Shown: piece by piece, positions 45,046 through 54,895 of the stretch
Layout: each line of letters begins with the position of its first letter
How positions within the stretch are numbered: the first letter of the stretch is position 1
From: a virus
Taxonomy: Duplodnaviria > Caudoviricetes
Length of the DNA stretch: 64,000 nt
Reading direction: 5' to 3' (one strand)
Virus record (IMG/VR): IMGVR_UViG_3300005611_000001
The notes under the pieces: generated by a model
The model's input: the letters and a program-made list of their open reading frames with translations, nothing else
Databases searched by the model: none
Told to the model about the DNA's origin: nothing
Position numbers and translations under genes: made by a program

Positions 45046-45988
45046 ATGACGAAGGCCCAGTTAGATATGCTAACGGCTTATTACGGTATGGTTCAGGACG
45101 GCTGCTCCAAAGAGCAAGCCCTAAGCTATATTCTGCTCATGAAGTTTGATGCCAAAGATGTGGTGTGGCTTGTGGAGAAAGTAAAATGAAGCGTCCTACT
45201 CGAAAGCAGTTAAACGGTTACTCTTTGAGTGAGCTTAAAACTATGCTCAAACGAGCAGGCCACAAAGTTCCTCGAAACCTAGAGCGAGAGGCATATGTCA
45301 CTGAATGTGATGGGCGTTTGTTTCGGTGGCGTTGGTGGGCGGAAGAATTCGTAGTTGATCGCAGCGAGCCTATTGAAGATTTCGACCGTTGGGCAAATAG
45401 TGTAGAGGGTAGTTTCCCGGTTAGTTCGTTATTTGGAGAAAAAGCATGATTGTACGAGTAATGTTTGACGCAGCTGACGCGCAGTTCTCTTTCTTTCAGC
45501 CGATGGAATGGACGGAGAAAGTGCGTCGGCATCGTGAGTCGCTGATTGATGCAGGCGAGCTGAATGAAATTGTAGCTGAGCAGTTGTACGACTTTGAAGT
45601 TGTCGAGATGTTCTATGGCGATGAAGTGTTTACTGATGCTTTCCATGTTGAGCGCAACACCAACTACATGATGTTCTTTGATCAAGAGACGAATGATCTC
45701 AATGTTTTCACGCTACATGAGTGGGATAATGTGCTGCAAGAGTTGGCCGACGAAGATGCTGATATGAATCAAATTTTCTATGCGCCTCTGATTGTCTAAG
45801 GAGTGATGAATATGGTTGAGCAGAGAATAACTTGGACATACCAGTACGGAAATGAAAAAGTCGTCTTTAAGTTTAACATGGATGACAAGACTCACAAAGA
45901 AGTGTTTATGAAATGGGTTGACTTCATGAACGCTATCGGTTATACCGTAGATCCGACTGAAATGGAAGCAATGTGGAATGGTGAGTAA
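45046..45988 (+). CDS. Cluster of four small early hypothetical ORFs
   Basis: Coupled ORFs about 45046-45189, about 45186-45449, 45446-45799 and 45803-45988, with GGAG RBSs. Confidence 0.6.
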
Positions 45989-45997
45989 AAATAATTC

Positions 45998-46498
45998 TTG
46001 ACAACACACCTCCAACACCGTATAATATGTACATATTTTGAAATGGAGCAATACGCAATGCGAGCAAAAGTTTTTTGGGAACGGTGCTGGAGTACGGAAG
46101 ATGCTCTGCTTACGGAACAGCTGGTTGACTTTGCTATTCGTTATTTTGATCTCGGCAAAGGTAAGCTAGAAGTTCTGATGGATGAGGAAATTGAAAGCGG
46201 TAGTATTGCAGAAGCTCTGAAACTCGGCAAGAAGAAGTTCATGATTGTTCTCTCAAAAAATCAGATTGACTCAGATGAAAGTCTTGCTCGCAGTGTCTTT
46301 CATGAGATGACGCATATCAAGCAGTATATGAAAGACGATTTTAAGATTGGTGCCAAGAAAGTAAGCTGGCAAGGTGAAAAATTCAATGTGAGGTCGGAGA
46401 AAGACTATTGGCTATCTCCGTGGGAAATGGAAGCACGAGCAATGGAAGAGGCTATGCTTCGATTCTGGGAGATTGATTGTGAAGAGCGTGGTGCATAA
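45998..46498 (+). CDS. Putative Zn metallopeptidase (start probably ATG near 46058)
   Basis: VFHEMTHIKQY (HExxH), SPWEMEARAME. Confidence 0.75.
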   Translation: MTTHLQHRIICTYFEMEQYAMRAKVFWERCWSTEDALLTEQLVDFAIRYFDLGKGKLEVLMDEEIESGSIAEALKLGKKKFMIVLSKNQIDSDESLARSVFHEMTHIKQYMKDDFKIGAKKVSWQGEKFNVRSEKDYWLSPWEMEARAMEEAMLRFWEIDCEERGA

Positions 46499-46821
46499 AG
46501 ATTGTCGGAGTCCGAAGTATCGGGCTCGAGTAGAACGCAACAAGAAAAAATATCATCGACCTGCGGAGAAACGAAATGACCGAAATGGATATGATCGTCG
46601 AGAAGATTAATGAGCAGCTTCGTACTGCTCGTAGTAATTGTGACTTCTTTAATTATGACGAAGATATGCTAGGCTTTCTTCGTGGACGTATTGACGCGCT
46701 AATGGATGCAAAGCGCCTCGTTCGAGAAGCCCAGTTCGAGATTATGAAAAATAGTTCTTGCATGGAATACTGAAAAGCCCTATAATATATTTTTAAATCA
46801 AAGAGCCACTGGAGGCACGAC

Positions 46822-47139
46822 ATGAGCGAAGTTAAGTACACTGAAGAAATGGTTGAGCGTATGGTCCAGCTTTACACCGCGAATCCTACTCGTGAGACGG
46901 TGGACGCGATTGCAGAGGAGTTCGACAAGCCTGCTCGTTCGATTATCGCCAAGCTCACTCGCGAAGGCGTTTACCAGGCGCAGCCCCGTACTTCTAAGAC
47001 CGGCGAGCCTGTGATTCGTAAGGAGCAGCTTGTGGCATTCATCGCAAACAAACTCGCAGTTGAGCTGCCTTCTCTTGCAAAAGCTACGAAAGCAGACCTC
47101 ACGAAGCTGGCTGCTGCTATTCAGCGAGATGTTGCATGA
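46822..47139 (+). CDS. A2-like paralogue 3
   Basis: YTEEMVERM...AIAEEFDKPARSIIAKLTREGVYQAQPRTSKTGEPVIRKEQLV...LAKATKADL. Confidence 0.6.
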   Translation: MSEVKYTEEMVERMVQLYTANPTRETVDAIAEEFDKPARSIIAKLTREGVYQAQPRTSKTGEPVIRKEQLVAFIANKLAVELPSLAKATKADLTKLAAAIQRDVA

Positions 47140-47385
47140 TGCTTCCTAGCACCAAGTGGACGGAACTGGGCGCTTGGGAAAACAGGCACGACACGAAAGT
47201 GTTCGTGTCTGTTTGTACTCAAGATATTGTTGACTATCTCAAGGAGCAGGGACTTTTTGCTGCCAAAAGCGATATTGTGGATGCTATCGACGAAGCCTGG
47301 GACGAGGACGACATGTCCGAGCTCTACGAAGAAATCTACGATTCGGTAGTAAAAAAGCTATCGAATAAAGTACAAAAAGTATAGT

Positions 47386-47418
47386 GAAAGGGGTGGCACT
47401 GTCCACCCTTTTTCTTTA
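47386..47418 (+). terminator. Intrinsic terminator
   Basis: AGGGGTGG-CACTG-TCCACCCT followed by a T-run. Confidence 0.7.
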
Positions 47419-47934
47419 TAGGTTCAAAAAATAAATCTTGACATTTTTTCTCTGCTATGGGATAATATGTTCTTCGCGCAGGAGTATAAGTGTGGGCGAC
47501 ATAATAAAGTTTCCAAACTCAGCTAAAAAGCACGGGCAGCAAGCACAACAAAGACTCAATGAGTTGATTGATATTGTGCATGACTACAGTGTAAAAAACA
47601 GCGAGGCTTGGGTTAATCTTGCGATCAGTTTTACTGAATATCAGCAAGCATTTATGGCCTATGCCTACCTTGTAGGCGAAGATAACGTCGAGGAAGAATA
47701 CTGGGAACTCTTTCTTGGCGGTGAGTATAACTCCCAGGACACATTTCAGTGGGACTTTGAATATGTCTATGACTGGTGATTATTATATGGACGGCTACGA
47801 TCTTGCTTGTGCATATGCTAACGAAGAGGATGCTCTTTCCGCTCTTCGTGCACAAGGCTACTCGCAGTCTGACATTCAAGCATTTATGGAATACCGCTAC
47901 ACTCTCGATGGGTTTTACGAGGGAGACGTAGAGG

Positions 47935-48291
47935 ATGTCTATTAATTACACTGCAGAGCAGACTACTTACGTTATTGACGAGTACCTGAAGAACAAAGAC
48001 GATGATGAAGTAATTAAGCGTCTAGCCCAGGAACTCAACAAGAGTGAGAAGTCGATTATTGGTAAACTCTCCAAGGAGAATGTTTACGAAAAACGTGTTT
48101 ATCGCAGCAAGTCGGGCGAACTTCCTGTGACGAAAAAAGAGTTAGTTGCAAATCTATCTTCTTTGATTAGTGCAGACCCCGAGAGACTGCAAGGGTTGGA
48201 AAAAGCACCTAAGCTAGAGCTTAAATATCTTATCCAACGATTAGAGGACACACTGCGTGAAACAAGTACTTGCGACGGTCAAGTATTATGA
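47935..48291 (+). CDS. A2-like paralogue 4
   Basis: NYTAEQT...LAQELNKSEKSIIGKLSKENVYEKRVYRSKSGELPVTKKELV...GLEKAPKLEL. Confidence 0.6.
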   Translation: MSINYTAEQTTYVIDEYLKNKDDDEVIKRLAQELNKSEKSIIGKLSKENVYEKRVYRSKSGELPVTKKELVANLSSLISADPERLQGLEKAPKLELKYLIQRLEDTLRETSTCDGQVL

Positions 48292-48477
48292 AACTGCAAA
48301 CGGTAGAGACTGGAATTATAGAGGTCTCAGAGAAGTAGACCTTGGCTATGTCCATGACGAGGATCTGGAAGATGACATGGAAGAGTGGGCTCGTGGCAAG
48401 TTATATCGCTATGGTAACACTCTGACCTGTAAACAAAAACAAGAACTTGTAGGATGGACAGTTAGGGACTCTTACTA

Positions 48478-48951
48478 ATGCTTGCAGATGCGGTCATGTG
48501 TTTGGCTTTAAATATTTATTGGGAAGCTCGTAATCAGCCGATTAAGGGGAAGAGGGCGGTTGCAGAAGTAGTGATCAATCGATCATATTCTCCAAAGTTT
48601 CCTAATCATCCGTGTGATGTTATTTACCAAGCTAAAACCTGGCCGAGCGGTCATCCCAAGAAGCACCGGTGCCACTTTAGCTGGTATTGTGATGGCCTGT
48701 CAGACTACCCAACCGATTGGCGAGCATATGCTGAAGCGCTAATACTTGCTAATCGTATTTGGAGCGGGCAAGAAGATAGAGTAGCCCCGTGCGAATTATA
48801 TTATCATACAATTCAAGTGGACCCCGATTGGGCTATGAGATTTGAGCCTACACAAATAATCGGCGACCATATATTCTATAGAGAAAAAGATGAAAAAGAT
48901 TGTACTTCCCCTAGTTTTCGCAAGTTTGATTTCCACGGCCAACGCTGGTGA
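48478..48951 (+). CDS. Cell-wall hydrolase (SleB/Hydrolase_2)
   Basis: CLALNIYWEARNQ...AVAEVVINR...C.VIYQ...CHFSWYCDG..D, YYH..V.P.WA, IGDHIFYR. Confidence 0.9.
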   Translation: MLADAVMCLALNIYWEARNQPIKGKRAVAEVVINRSYSPKFPNHPCDVIYQAKTWPSGHPKKHRCHFSWYCDGLSDYPTDWRAYAEALILANRIWSGQEDRVAPCELYYHTIQVDPDWAMRFEPTQIIGDHIFYREKDEKDCTSPSFRKFDFHGQRW

Positions 48952-49119
48952 TGACACCAAAGATTATAACGCTTGTCTTCAATCCATTAAGCATGAGTAT
49001 CAAGATGTTGCTAAAACCCGCATTTCTCGTATGAACCGGCACAAGATTAAGATTATTGTGTGGGATTTGACTGGCAAGCACGTTGTTTACTGTGATCGTA
49101 AGACGAAAGAGGTGCATGA

Positions 49120-49653
49120 GTGATCGGTGAGAAAGTACCAAATGTTACTCTCTACACGAGAGTTCGTGATGAAAGTATTGAAGGACCAAATCCGTTTCGT
49201 TGGGAACTTGTGCAGACAGGCGAGCTTTTTACAGGAAAGACTGTAGTAGTCTTTTCTCTGCCTGGAGCATTTACTCCAACGTGCAGCACTTATCAGCTTC
49301 CGAACTTTGAGAAGCTGTATAATAAGTTTCAGTTGCAAGGAGTGGACGAGGTCTATGTGTGCAGTGTAAATGATGCGTTTGTCATGAATAAATGGCTAGA
49401 GCATCAAGACGTGAAAAACGTTAAGGCACTTCCTGATGGAAATGGTGACTTCACTCGCGCTATGGGTATGCTCGTGGATAAAGAAAATCTTGGTTTTGGA
49501 AAACGAAGCTGGAGATATGCCTTTATCGCTCGAGACGGCAATATCTCGCATTGGTTTGTGGAGCCTGGTTTCCGTAACAATGCTGACGACGATCCTTATG
49601 GTGAAACAGATCCTGAACATATCTTGAAAATTTTTCTTGATTCTTTGGACTAA
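49120..49653 (+). CDS. Peroxiredoxin (Prx5/type II)
   Basis: VVFSLPGAFTPTCS..QLP, VNDAFVM, PDGNGDFT..MGM, RSWRYA. Confidence 0.9.
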   Translation: MIGEKVPNVTLYTRVRDESIEGPNPFRWELVQTGELFTGKTVVVFSLPGAFTPTCSTYQLPNFEKLYNKFQLQGVDEVYVCSVNDAFVMNKWLEHQDVKNVKALPDGNGDFTRAMGMLVDKENLGFGKRSWRYAFIARDGNISHWFVEPGFRNNADDDPYGETDPEHILKIFLDSLD

Positions 49654-49867
49654 AAGCCATATAATATATAAGAAATGGGGGCAGCCGGACCCATAAATCC
49701 GGCATTATAGAGCCCTCCAAGCCTCTTAACAATGCTCAAATCGTGAGGGCCGTTTACCGGTTGTTGGTTCGCCCGGTCTGTCGTTAGCAAGCGCCATCAG
49801 CCACGATTAAGTTGCGTATAGGGGTGGTGCCCAAGGGCGAGATGCAGATAAAAACCATCATTTTTCT

Positions 49868-49942
49868 GCCTCCTTGGCCGAATGGTAAGGCAACTGATTT
49901 GTAATCAGTAGATTGGGAGTTCGATTCTCTCAGGAGGCACCA
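49868..49942 (+). tRNA. trnT: tRNA-Thr(UGU)
   Basis: Acceptor GCCTCCT/AGGAGGC, anticodon arm ACTGA-TTTGTAA-TCAGT, TTCGA loop, encoded CCA. Confidence 0.9.
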
Positions 49943-50112
49943 GTTTTTGGAGTGGCTATGTTTACGGAAAAAGAATTATTTCTTATTTTAAAAAATCTAA
50001 GAAGTCAGGAAACGATACTTAACTTTAAGTACGTTGACGATGATAGTGCTGACGTAATTGAAGAGTTGTCTGAAGTTCGTAGTCTAATCAATAAAGTTCA
50101 AGAACTCATTCT

Positions 50113-50189
50113 GCCCGCTTAGCTCAGCTGGATAGAGCATCTGCCTTCTAAGCAGACGGTCGGGAGTTCGAGCCTCTCAGCGGGTACCA
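50113..50189 (+). tRNA. trnR: tRNA-Arg(UCU)
   Basis: GCCCGCT/AGCGGGT, TCTGC-CTTCTAA-GCAGA, GTTCGAG, encoded CCA. Confidence 0.92.
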
Positions 50190-50462
50190 ATTATGACGAA
50201 AGAAGAAATCACGGCGGGGTTGCTCAAAGCCCTTGAAAACGAAAACAAAGCAGAAGCTAGAAGATATTTGCGTCTGCTACGAAAAGCAGGAGAAGAGGAA
50301 TGGGAACTCGAGGCATACGAAGTAATCCTGGAGAGCGAGTAGCTCTTGCAAAATGTCATGCGTTGCTAAGATACCTGGAAACGCATAAAGACCCCGTAGT
50401 GGGGCAAAAAGCTCGAATACTCCAGCGTGAGATTGAAGATTTGATACCGGGGCTGCCCCGCT

Positions 50463-50487
50463 AAACCCGCCTAGAGCGGGTTTTTAT
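50463..50487 (+). terminator. Intrinsic terminator ending the tRNA-containing unit
   Basis: AAACCCGC-CTAGA-GCGGGTTTTT. Confidence 0.8.
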
Positions 50488-51157
50488 TGCCGGCGGGGTC
50501 ATCGTAAGACCTACTGAGCTAGAAAATATAGACAGTCACGGCGGGGCCTTCCTCACAATTTTCGTTTACGTAAGCTAGGAGAAACTTCGTGTGAAAGAGG
50601 GATAACTTTGAGTAATTTTATTACTTATTCTCTTAAATACGTCCCTTACGAAGGTAACGACTCATATTAGACTTATGGGCTTCAACAAGTGGGAGTGAAG
50701 TATAACCCCGCTTTAGTTTCGTTGAGAAAATCGCGAATTGTCGCATACCCGTCTTAAAAAGTAAATTACATATGGAAGTTTGGTTTCTTCCAGTTATTAT
50801 GCAATAACGGGGATTTAGAGAACCATGCAATTAACTCTAGAGCATTCCAACGATATATCGAAAAAGAAAGGTTTTTATTACACCTGGAGAGAAAGGGTTC
50901 CGCTAAGGCTACACCTTTCGCTCCGACGCTGTAAAAAACGATTTCAATTGCGATATCACTTTGGAGGATTTCACTCTAGGCTTAAGCGCAGCTTCTCATC
51001 AGATTTTAGCTCGGCAGTAGCGAGGCAGAAGTAACTAACATAGCTGCTTCTAAAGAATATAAATATTTTATCATACATCTATTTGAATGTAAAGAATTAT
51101 TTTTGAGCAGGTATGACTACTTTCAGCTGTGTGCTTCGATAGCCATAAAAAAGGCTC

Positions 51158-51532
51158 TTAAAAGGGCCTTAGTGAGTAAGTAAATTTTCTTATCTTTCCT
51201 GCCGCTTTTGAATCGATTTCTTCTGCATTATAGTGCGCAAGCAATGCATTTCCGTACATACATTTCCAGGGAACTTCCCCGGGGTCAGTGCGCGTTGTAT
51301 GTAACTTCCAGATTTCACTCGTAGGACGTTTCATACAGGTCAAATAAAGCCATACGTTCGGAGTCTTCTCAAGTTTACACATTTTACAATGCCCTCTCTG
51401 TAGTAGTGCTCGAGGACTCTCTTTCCAGCGATGTCCTCGCTCACACTCATGTTCGATCGGTCGATTCATACTCCAGTATCGACCTACCGGCCACATTCCT
51501 TCAAGTCGTAAAGTGTATTCTCGTGTATTCAT
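51158..51532 (-). CDS. Zn-ribbon protein resembling a homing-endonuclease DNA-binding module
   Basis: IEHECERGHRW..SP..LL..GHCKMC. Confidence 0.5.
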   Translation of the reverse strand: MNTREYTLRLEGMWPVGRYWSMNRPIEHECERGHRWKESPRALLQRGHCKMCKLEKTPNVWLYLTCMKRPTSEIWKLHTTRTDPGEVPWKCMYGNALLAHYNAEEIDSKAAGKIRKFTYSLRPF

Positions 51533-52058
51533 AGTTTTATTGCTACCATTACTATAAGAGCAATCAGTAGAATATTGACCATCAATAACTCAAGTGCGAG
51601 TATCGTATGATACCAGATCCATCGCGTTTTGTACGCGTTATCAACAGTCAAGTCCTCTGGATCAGGAGACTTGAAAATGTACTTTCGTATATTCATACAT
51701 TATCTCGTTCAGACTGAGACAGTGTTTGCTCTCAAAGTTCTCAATAAAGTTTTCAAATCTTGGAGTATAACTCGTGAAATACTCTCTCACGGGGTCGACG
51801 CAAAGTGGATCAAAGCACAATATAAACCACCCCTCTTTTCTTTTCTCTAGACTATATCTCCACATTGGGGGAAATCCATCATTACTACCCAGGGCCATTA
51901 ATGAACAGGGCTCCAGTTAAACAATTCAGGAAACATATTTAAAGTGCGGTACATAGAATTAGGATCAAGCTCCCAGAACTCTTTCCACTCAGGATCTTCA
52001 TTCATCGAAACTACGTAACGAACATATGGTTCAGTAGGATGCTTTAGATAGAAGAGTC

Positions 52059-52451
52059 TTATTTCCATATGCAGGGTTCCAGATTCGGCTCACGATAGTT
52101 AGGGCCTTTCATTACTTTACCATCTTCACGCCGCAGAGGCTTACCGTCAGCCCCGAGCTTACTCATGTTGCTTGAATGTACTTCTTCAAAGCAAGAGTCT
52201 AGATCAATACCGAAAGCATGACCGGCTCCTAGGGTGACATAAAGAATGTCCGTAAGAGCGTCGGCCACTTCAATAAGTGCTTCTTTCTCATCAATAAGCC
52301 CCTGCTCGTACTTATACAGGCCGTCTCGAAGTTCCTGAACTTCTTCCTCAATAAGATGAAGTCGAAGTTCTAGCGGGCGATTCTTTAGCGCCGGTTCTTC
52401 GTGAACGTGCTGCCCGAAAGAGCGCATAAACTCTGCTACTTTGTTAAACAT
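52059..52451 (-). CDS. MazG-like / all-alpha NTP pyrophosphohydrolase
   Basis: LIEEEVQEL, EVADALTDILYVT.G, FEEVHSSNMSK...REDGKVMKGPNY; promoter TTGACT-17-TATAAT at 52475-52503. Confidence 0.85.
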   Translation of the reverse strand: MFNKVAEFMRSFGQHVHEEPALKNRPLELRLHLIEEEVQELRDGLYKYEQGLIDEKEALIEVADALTDILYVTLGAGHAFGIDLDSCFEEVHSSNMSKLGADGKPLRREDGKVMKGPNYREPNLEPCIWK

Positions 52452-52522
52452 AATAATCCTCCACTTGGAAGAATATTATAGCTTACACCACACAGAAAGT
52501 CAAGTAGTATTTTTTAGCACAT

Positions 52523-52546
52523 AAAAAAGCCCTCTTCGTGAGGGCC
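52523..52546 (-). terminator. Intrinsic terminator after glutaredoxin
   Basis: GCCCTC-ACGAA-GAGGGC followed by TTTTTT on the minus strand. Confidence 0.75.
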
Positions 52547-52601
52547 TTACTGCAGCTGCGCCGAACACGCTTTTTCAGTATATAAAAACGTTTTCCGTGT
52601 G

Positions 52602-52835
52602 TCAATCCGCAGCCTGACCCAGAATCTTTACTAACTCATCATAGCCACCAATCCAGTGCCCGTCGATAAGTATCTTCGGATAAGTACGACTTCTAGGAAA
52701 CTCCTCACGAGCCTCGCTTTCATCAAAGTCATAATGAAGAAGCCGGTACTTATAAGGTAGTCCGGCTTCTTCAAGTAATATTTTGCTTTCTTCGCAGAAC
52801 TTACAGAAGTTCTTGCCCCAGATTTCTATGTCCAT
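52602..52835 (-). CDS. Glutaredoxin
   Basis: CKFC active site, RTYPKI..DGHWIGGYDEL. Confidence 0.85.
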   Translation of the reverse strand: MDIEIWGKNFCKFCEESKILLEEAGLPYKYRLLHYDFDESEAREEFPRSRTYPKILIDGHWIGGYDELVKILGQAAD

Positions 52836-53257
52836 AGCGTCGCCAAGTATTTCCCGAAGAGTTCGTAACCTCTTTGAATTCTAGCTTCGTACTCTTCCGT
52901 TAAGTTTACGCCCCCTTCAAACAGAGTGCCGGGCTCACGATATATGGGAGCTTCCAGAGTTACCTGTTCAAAGGTCCAAATTAATTCATTAAGAAGCCAT
53001 TGCCAGCGATCATAATCGTACTCGTTCATGTTTCTTAGATCCACGGGTACGTCAGAATTGTCGACTGTGCCGAAACTCACATCGTTTTCCTGCAACTTGA
53101 GTAACATGGCATAGACTAAAGGAGCAAGTGTACTTTCAAAAGACATGATGTCTTCATCTTCTACATTTAACTCTTTTACTTGCAGATTATGTCTTCGGTA
53201 AATCATATGTGAGCCAGCCTTTCCATAAAGGTGGAATAACATTTTTCCCAGGACCAC
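52826..53257 (-). CDS. Conserved phage hypothetical protein
   Basis: STLAPLVYAMLLKLQE...RWQWLLNELIWTF...RIQRGYELFGKY..LW. Confidence 0.55.
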   Translation of the reverse strand: MVLGKMLFHLYGKAGSHMIYRRHNLQVKELNVEDEDIMSFESTLAPLVYAMLLKLQENDVSFGTVDNSDVPVDLRNMNEYDYDRWQWLLNELIWTFEQVTLEAPIYREPGTLFEGGVNLTEEYEARIQRGYELFGKYLATLWT

Positions 53258-54183
53258 TCAGGTCCGGAAACTCGTCCAAGACTTTTGCATTTTTCTATAG
53301 CTTCTTCTAAGTTATTGCTGAGATATCCTGTTTTATTTATCTCTACAATATCGCAGGGTCCGGGTACTGGATAAGCTGCAACCGGAGTTCCTAGTGCTAA
53401 ACTTTCGATAAGTACAATTCCAAAGGTATCGGAGCGGCTGGGAAAGCAAAAAACTTCAGAAGAAGCATATTCATCTGCAAGTTCTTGACCTTTTTTGTAC
53501 CCAACAAAATTTACATTAGAATATTTTTGTTCGAGTATTTTTCTCTCGGGGCCGTCGCCTACAATATGAATGTCATACTTCGATCCCAATACACATAGGT
53601 CTTCTAAGTTTTTCTCTTTGCTAACTCTTCCAACGTACAGCACACGATTTTTAACTGGCTTTTTATTACTGATAAATTGAGCCTTATCTACCCCACGGCT
53701 CCATAATATTAAACTACCATTAAATTTTTTATCACGAAGCTGCAAGCGAATGGACTCTGTAGGAACCAAAGTATTTGCCGCTCTAGAGTGAAACCATCTT
53801 AGATACTTCCACGTAATACCAGAGGGAATTTTATACATCTTTTCTAAAAACATAGGAAATTGAGTATGATAGCTAGTAGTAAATTTCCAGTTTTTCTTAA
53901 TACAATAAAGTCGAGTTAAAAGCCCAAGAGGCCCTTCTGTAGCGATATGAATATGAGTAGGCTTATAGGAAGAAATTTCTTGAAAAACCTTCAAAGGCTG
54001 AACCGTAAGCCTTACTTCGGGGTACCCAAAAGCAGAAACATTGCGAAAGTCATCAGGAGTAAGAAGCCGAAGCTCCGCATAGTCTGGCATAAAAACTTTG
54101 GCAAGTTCTTGAATTTTATTTAGAGTTATTGCAACTCCGTTGACTTGACTTGTTAAGTTGTCACTTACTACTAAAACTCGCAT
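53203..54183 (-). CDS. Agt-like GT4 glycosyltransferase (glycosyl-diacylglycerol synthase-like)
   Basis: Start MRVLVVSD...QVNGV..TL; YPEVRL, HIATEGPLGL, FTTSYHTQFP, YLRWFH, WSRGVD, GRVSKEKNL, FPSRSDTFG.VLIESLA.GTPVAAYPV.GP. Confidence 0.8.
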   Translation of the reverse strand: MRVLVVSDNLTSQVNGVAITLNKIQELAKVFMPDYAELRLLTPDDFRNVSAFGYPEVRLTVQPLKVFQEISSYKPTHIHIATEGPLGLLTRLYCIKKNWKFTTSYHTQFPMFLEKMYKIPSGITWKYLRWFHSRAANTLVPTESIRLQLRDKKFNGSLILWSRGVDKAQFISNKKPVKNRVLYVGRVSKEKNLEDLCVLGSKYDIHIVGDGPERKILEQKYSNVNFVGYKKGQELADEYASSEVFCFPSRSDTFGIVLIESLALGTPVAAYPVPGPCDIVEINKTGYLSNNLEEAIEKCKSLGRVSGPEWSWEKCYSTFMERLAHI

Positions 54184-54347
54184 TTCTTCTTGTTCCATCT
54201 TTTAATAGCAGCCTTACGAGCACGACGACGAGCGTCACTCGGTTTCTCATAAAACTGGCGCTCACGATATTCCTGGAGCTTCTCGCTCACACCGCGTTTT
54301 AGCTTTCTTAGTGCGCGATCAACATTGTTCTTCACTTGTACTTTCAA
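54171..54347 (-). CDS. rpsU: Ribosomal protein bS21 (58 aa, TTG start, not in track)
   Basis: MKVQVKNNVDRALRKLKRGVSEKLQEYRERQFYEKPSDARRRARKAAIKRWNKKKCEF; AGGA RBS. Confidence 0.85.
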   Translation of the reverse strand: MKVQVKNNVDRALRKLKRGVSEKLQEYRERQFYEKPSDARRRARKAAIKRWNKKKCEF

Positions 54348-54614
54348 ACTGTAGTCCTAGTTGGCTGTCCACGAGACAGCGCATTGTCTGCAATACTTGC
54401 CCCGCATTGACGAGAAAATCGTCATCCTCAAGTGAACAGCCATACTCCAGACATTTTTTCGTAAATTCGGTAAACAGCTCGTCTACCATATCCTCTCTAC
54501 GGTCAAGAACCGTATACTTCTCACGAGGGAATTGAATAACCATATATTACTCTCAAAGGAAGTTATGCCTCTTGCTTAATAAAAAGCGGCTTAAATAACC
54601 CTCCATACTCGCGT

Positions 54615-54703
54615 ATTGTAGCTCACTTTCGTCTGGCTGTCAACAAACATTTTTAGGTAGCTTAAAAATAAGTGTTGACACGGCGGGGTCTTTCCCGTAT
54701 AAT
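54615..54703. promoter_or_regulatory. Divergent sigma70 promoter pair
   Basis: Minus TTGACA-17-TACAAT (54615-54643); plus TTGACA-17-TATAAT (54675-54703). Confidence 0.85.
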
Positions 54704-54895
54704 ATATCCATAATTTAGGAGAAATCCCATGAAAATTTTACCCGCTTCTCCCGTGTTTCCCATCAATCCGTTTCAAGAGAGAGTCGAGATTACGACTTAT
54801 CGAGTATCGAACGAGGATGTGCGAGAAGTAACCTACGTGTATGATTCCGAAGGAAATCTAGAAACAACTCGTGTTGTAACTGTGGATGTAGAAGT

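Noticed and set aside
50965-51002. Hammerhead ribozyme (minus-strand CTGATGAG...GAAA)
   Set aside because: Stem II and stems I/III could not be closed around the core.
49670-51060. tmRNA or RNase P RNA
   Set aside because: No tag-peptide ORF or tRNA-like ends, and no GAGGAAAGUCC / ACAGAA..GCUUA signatures.
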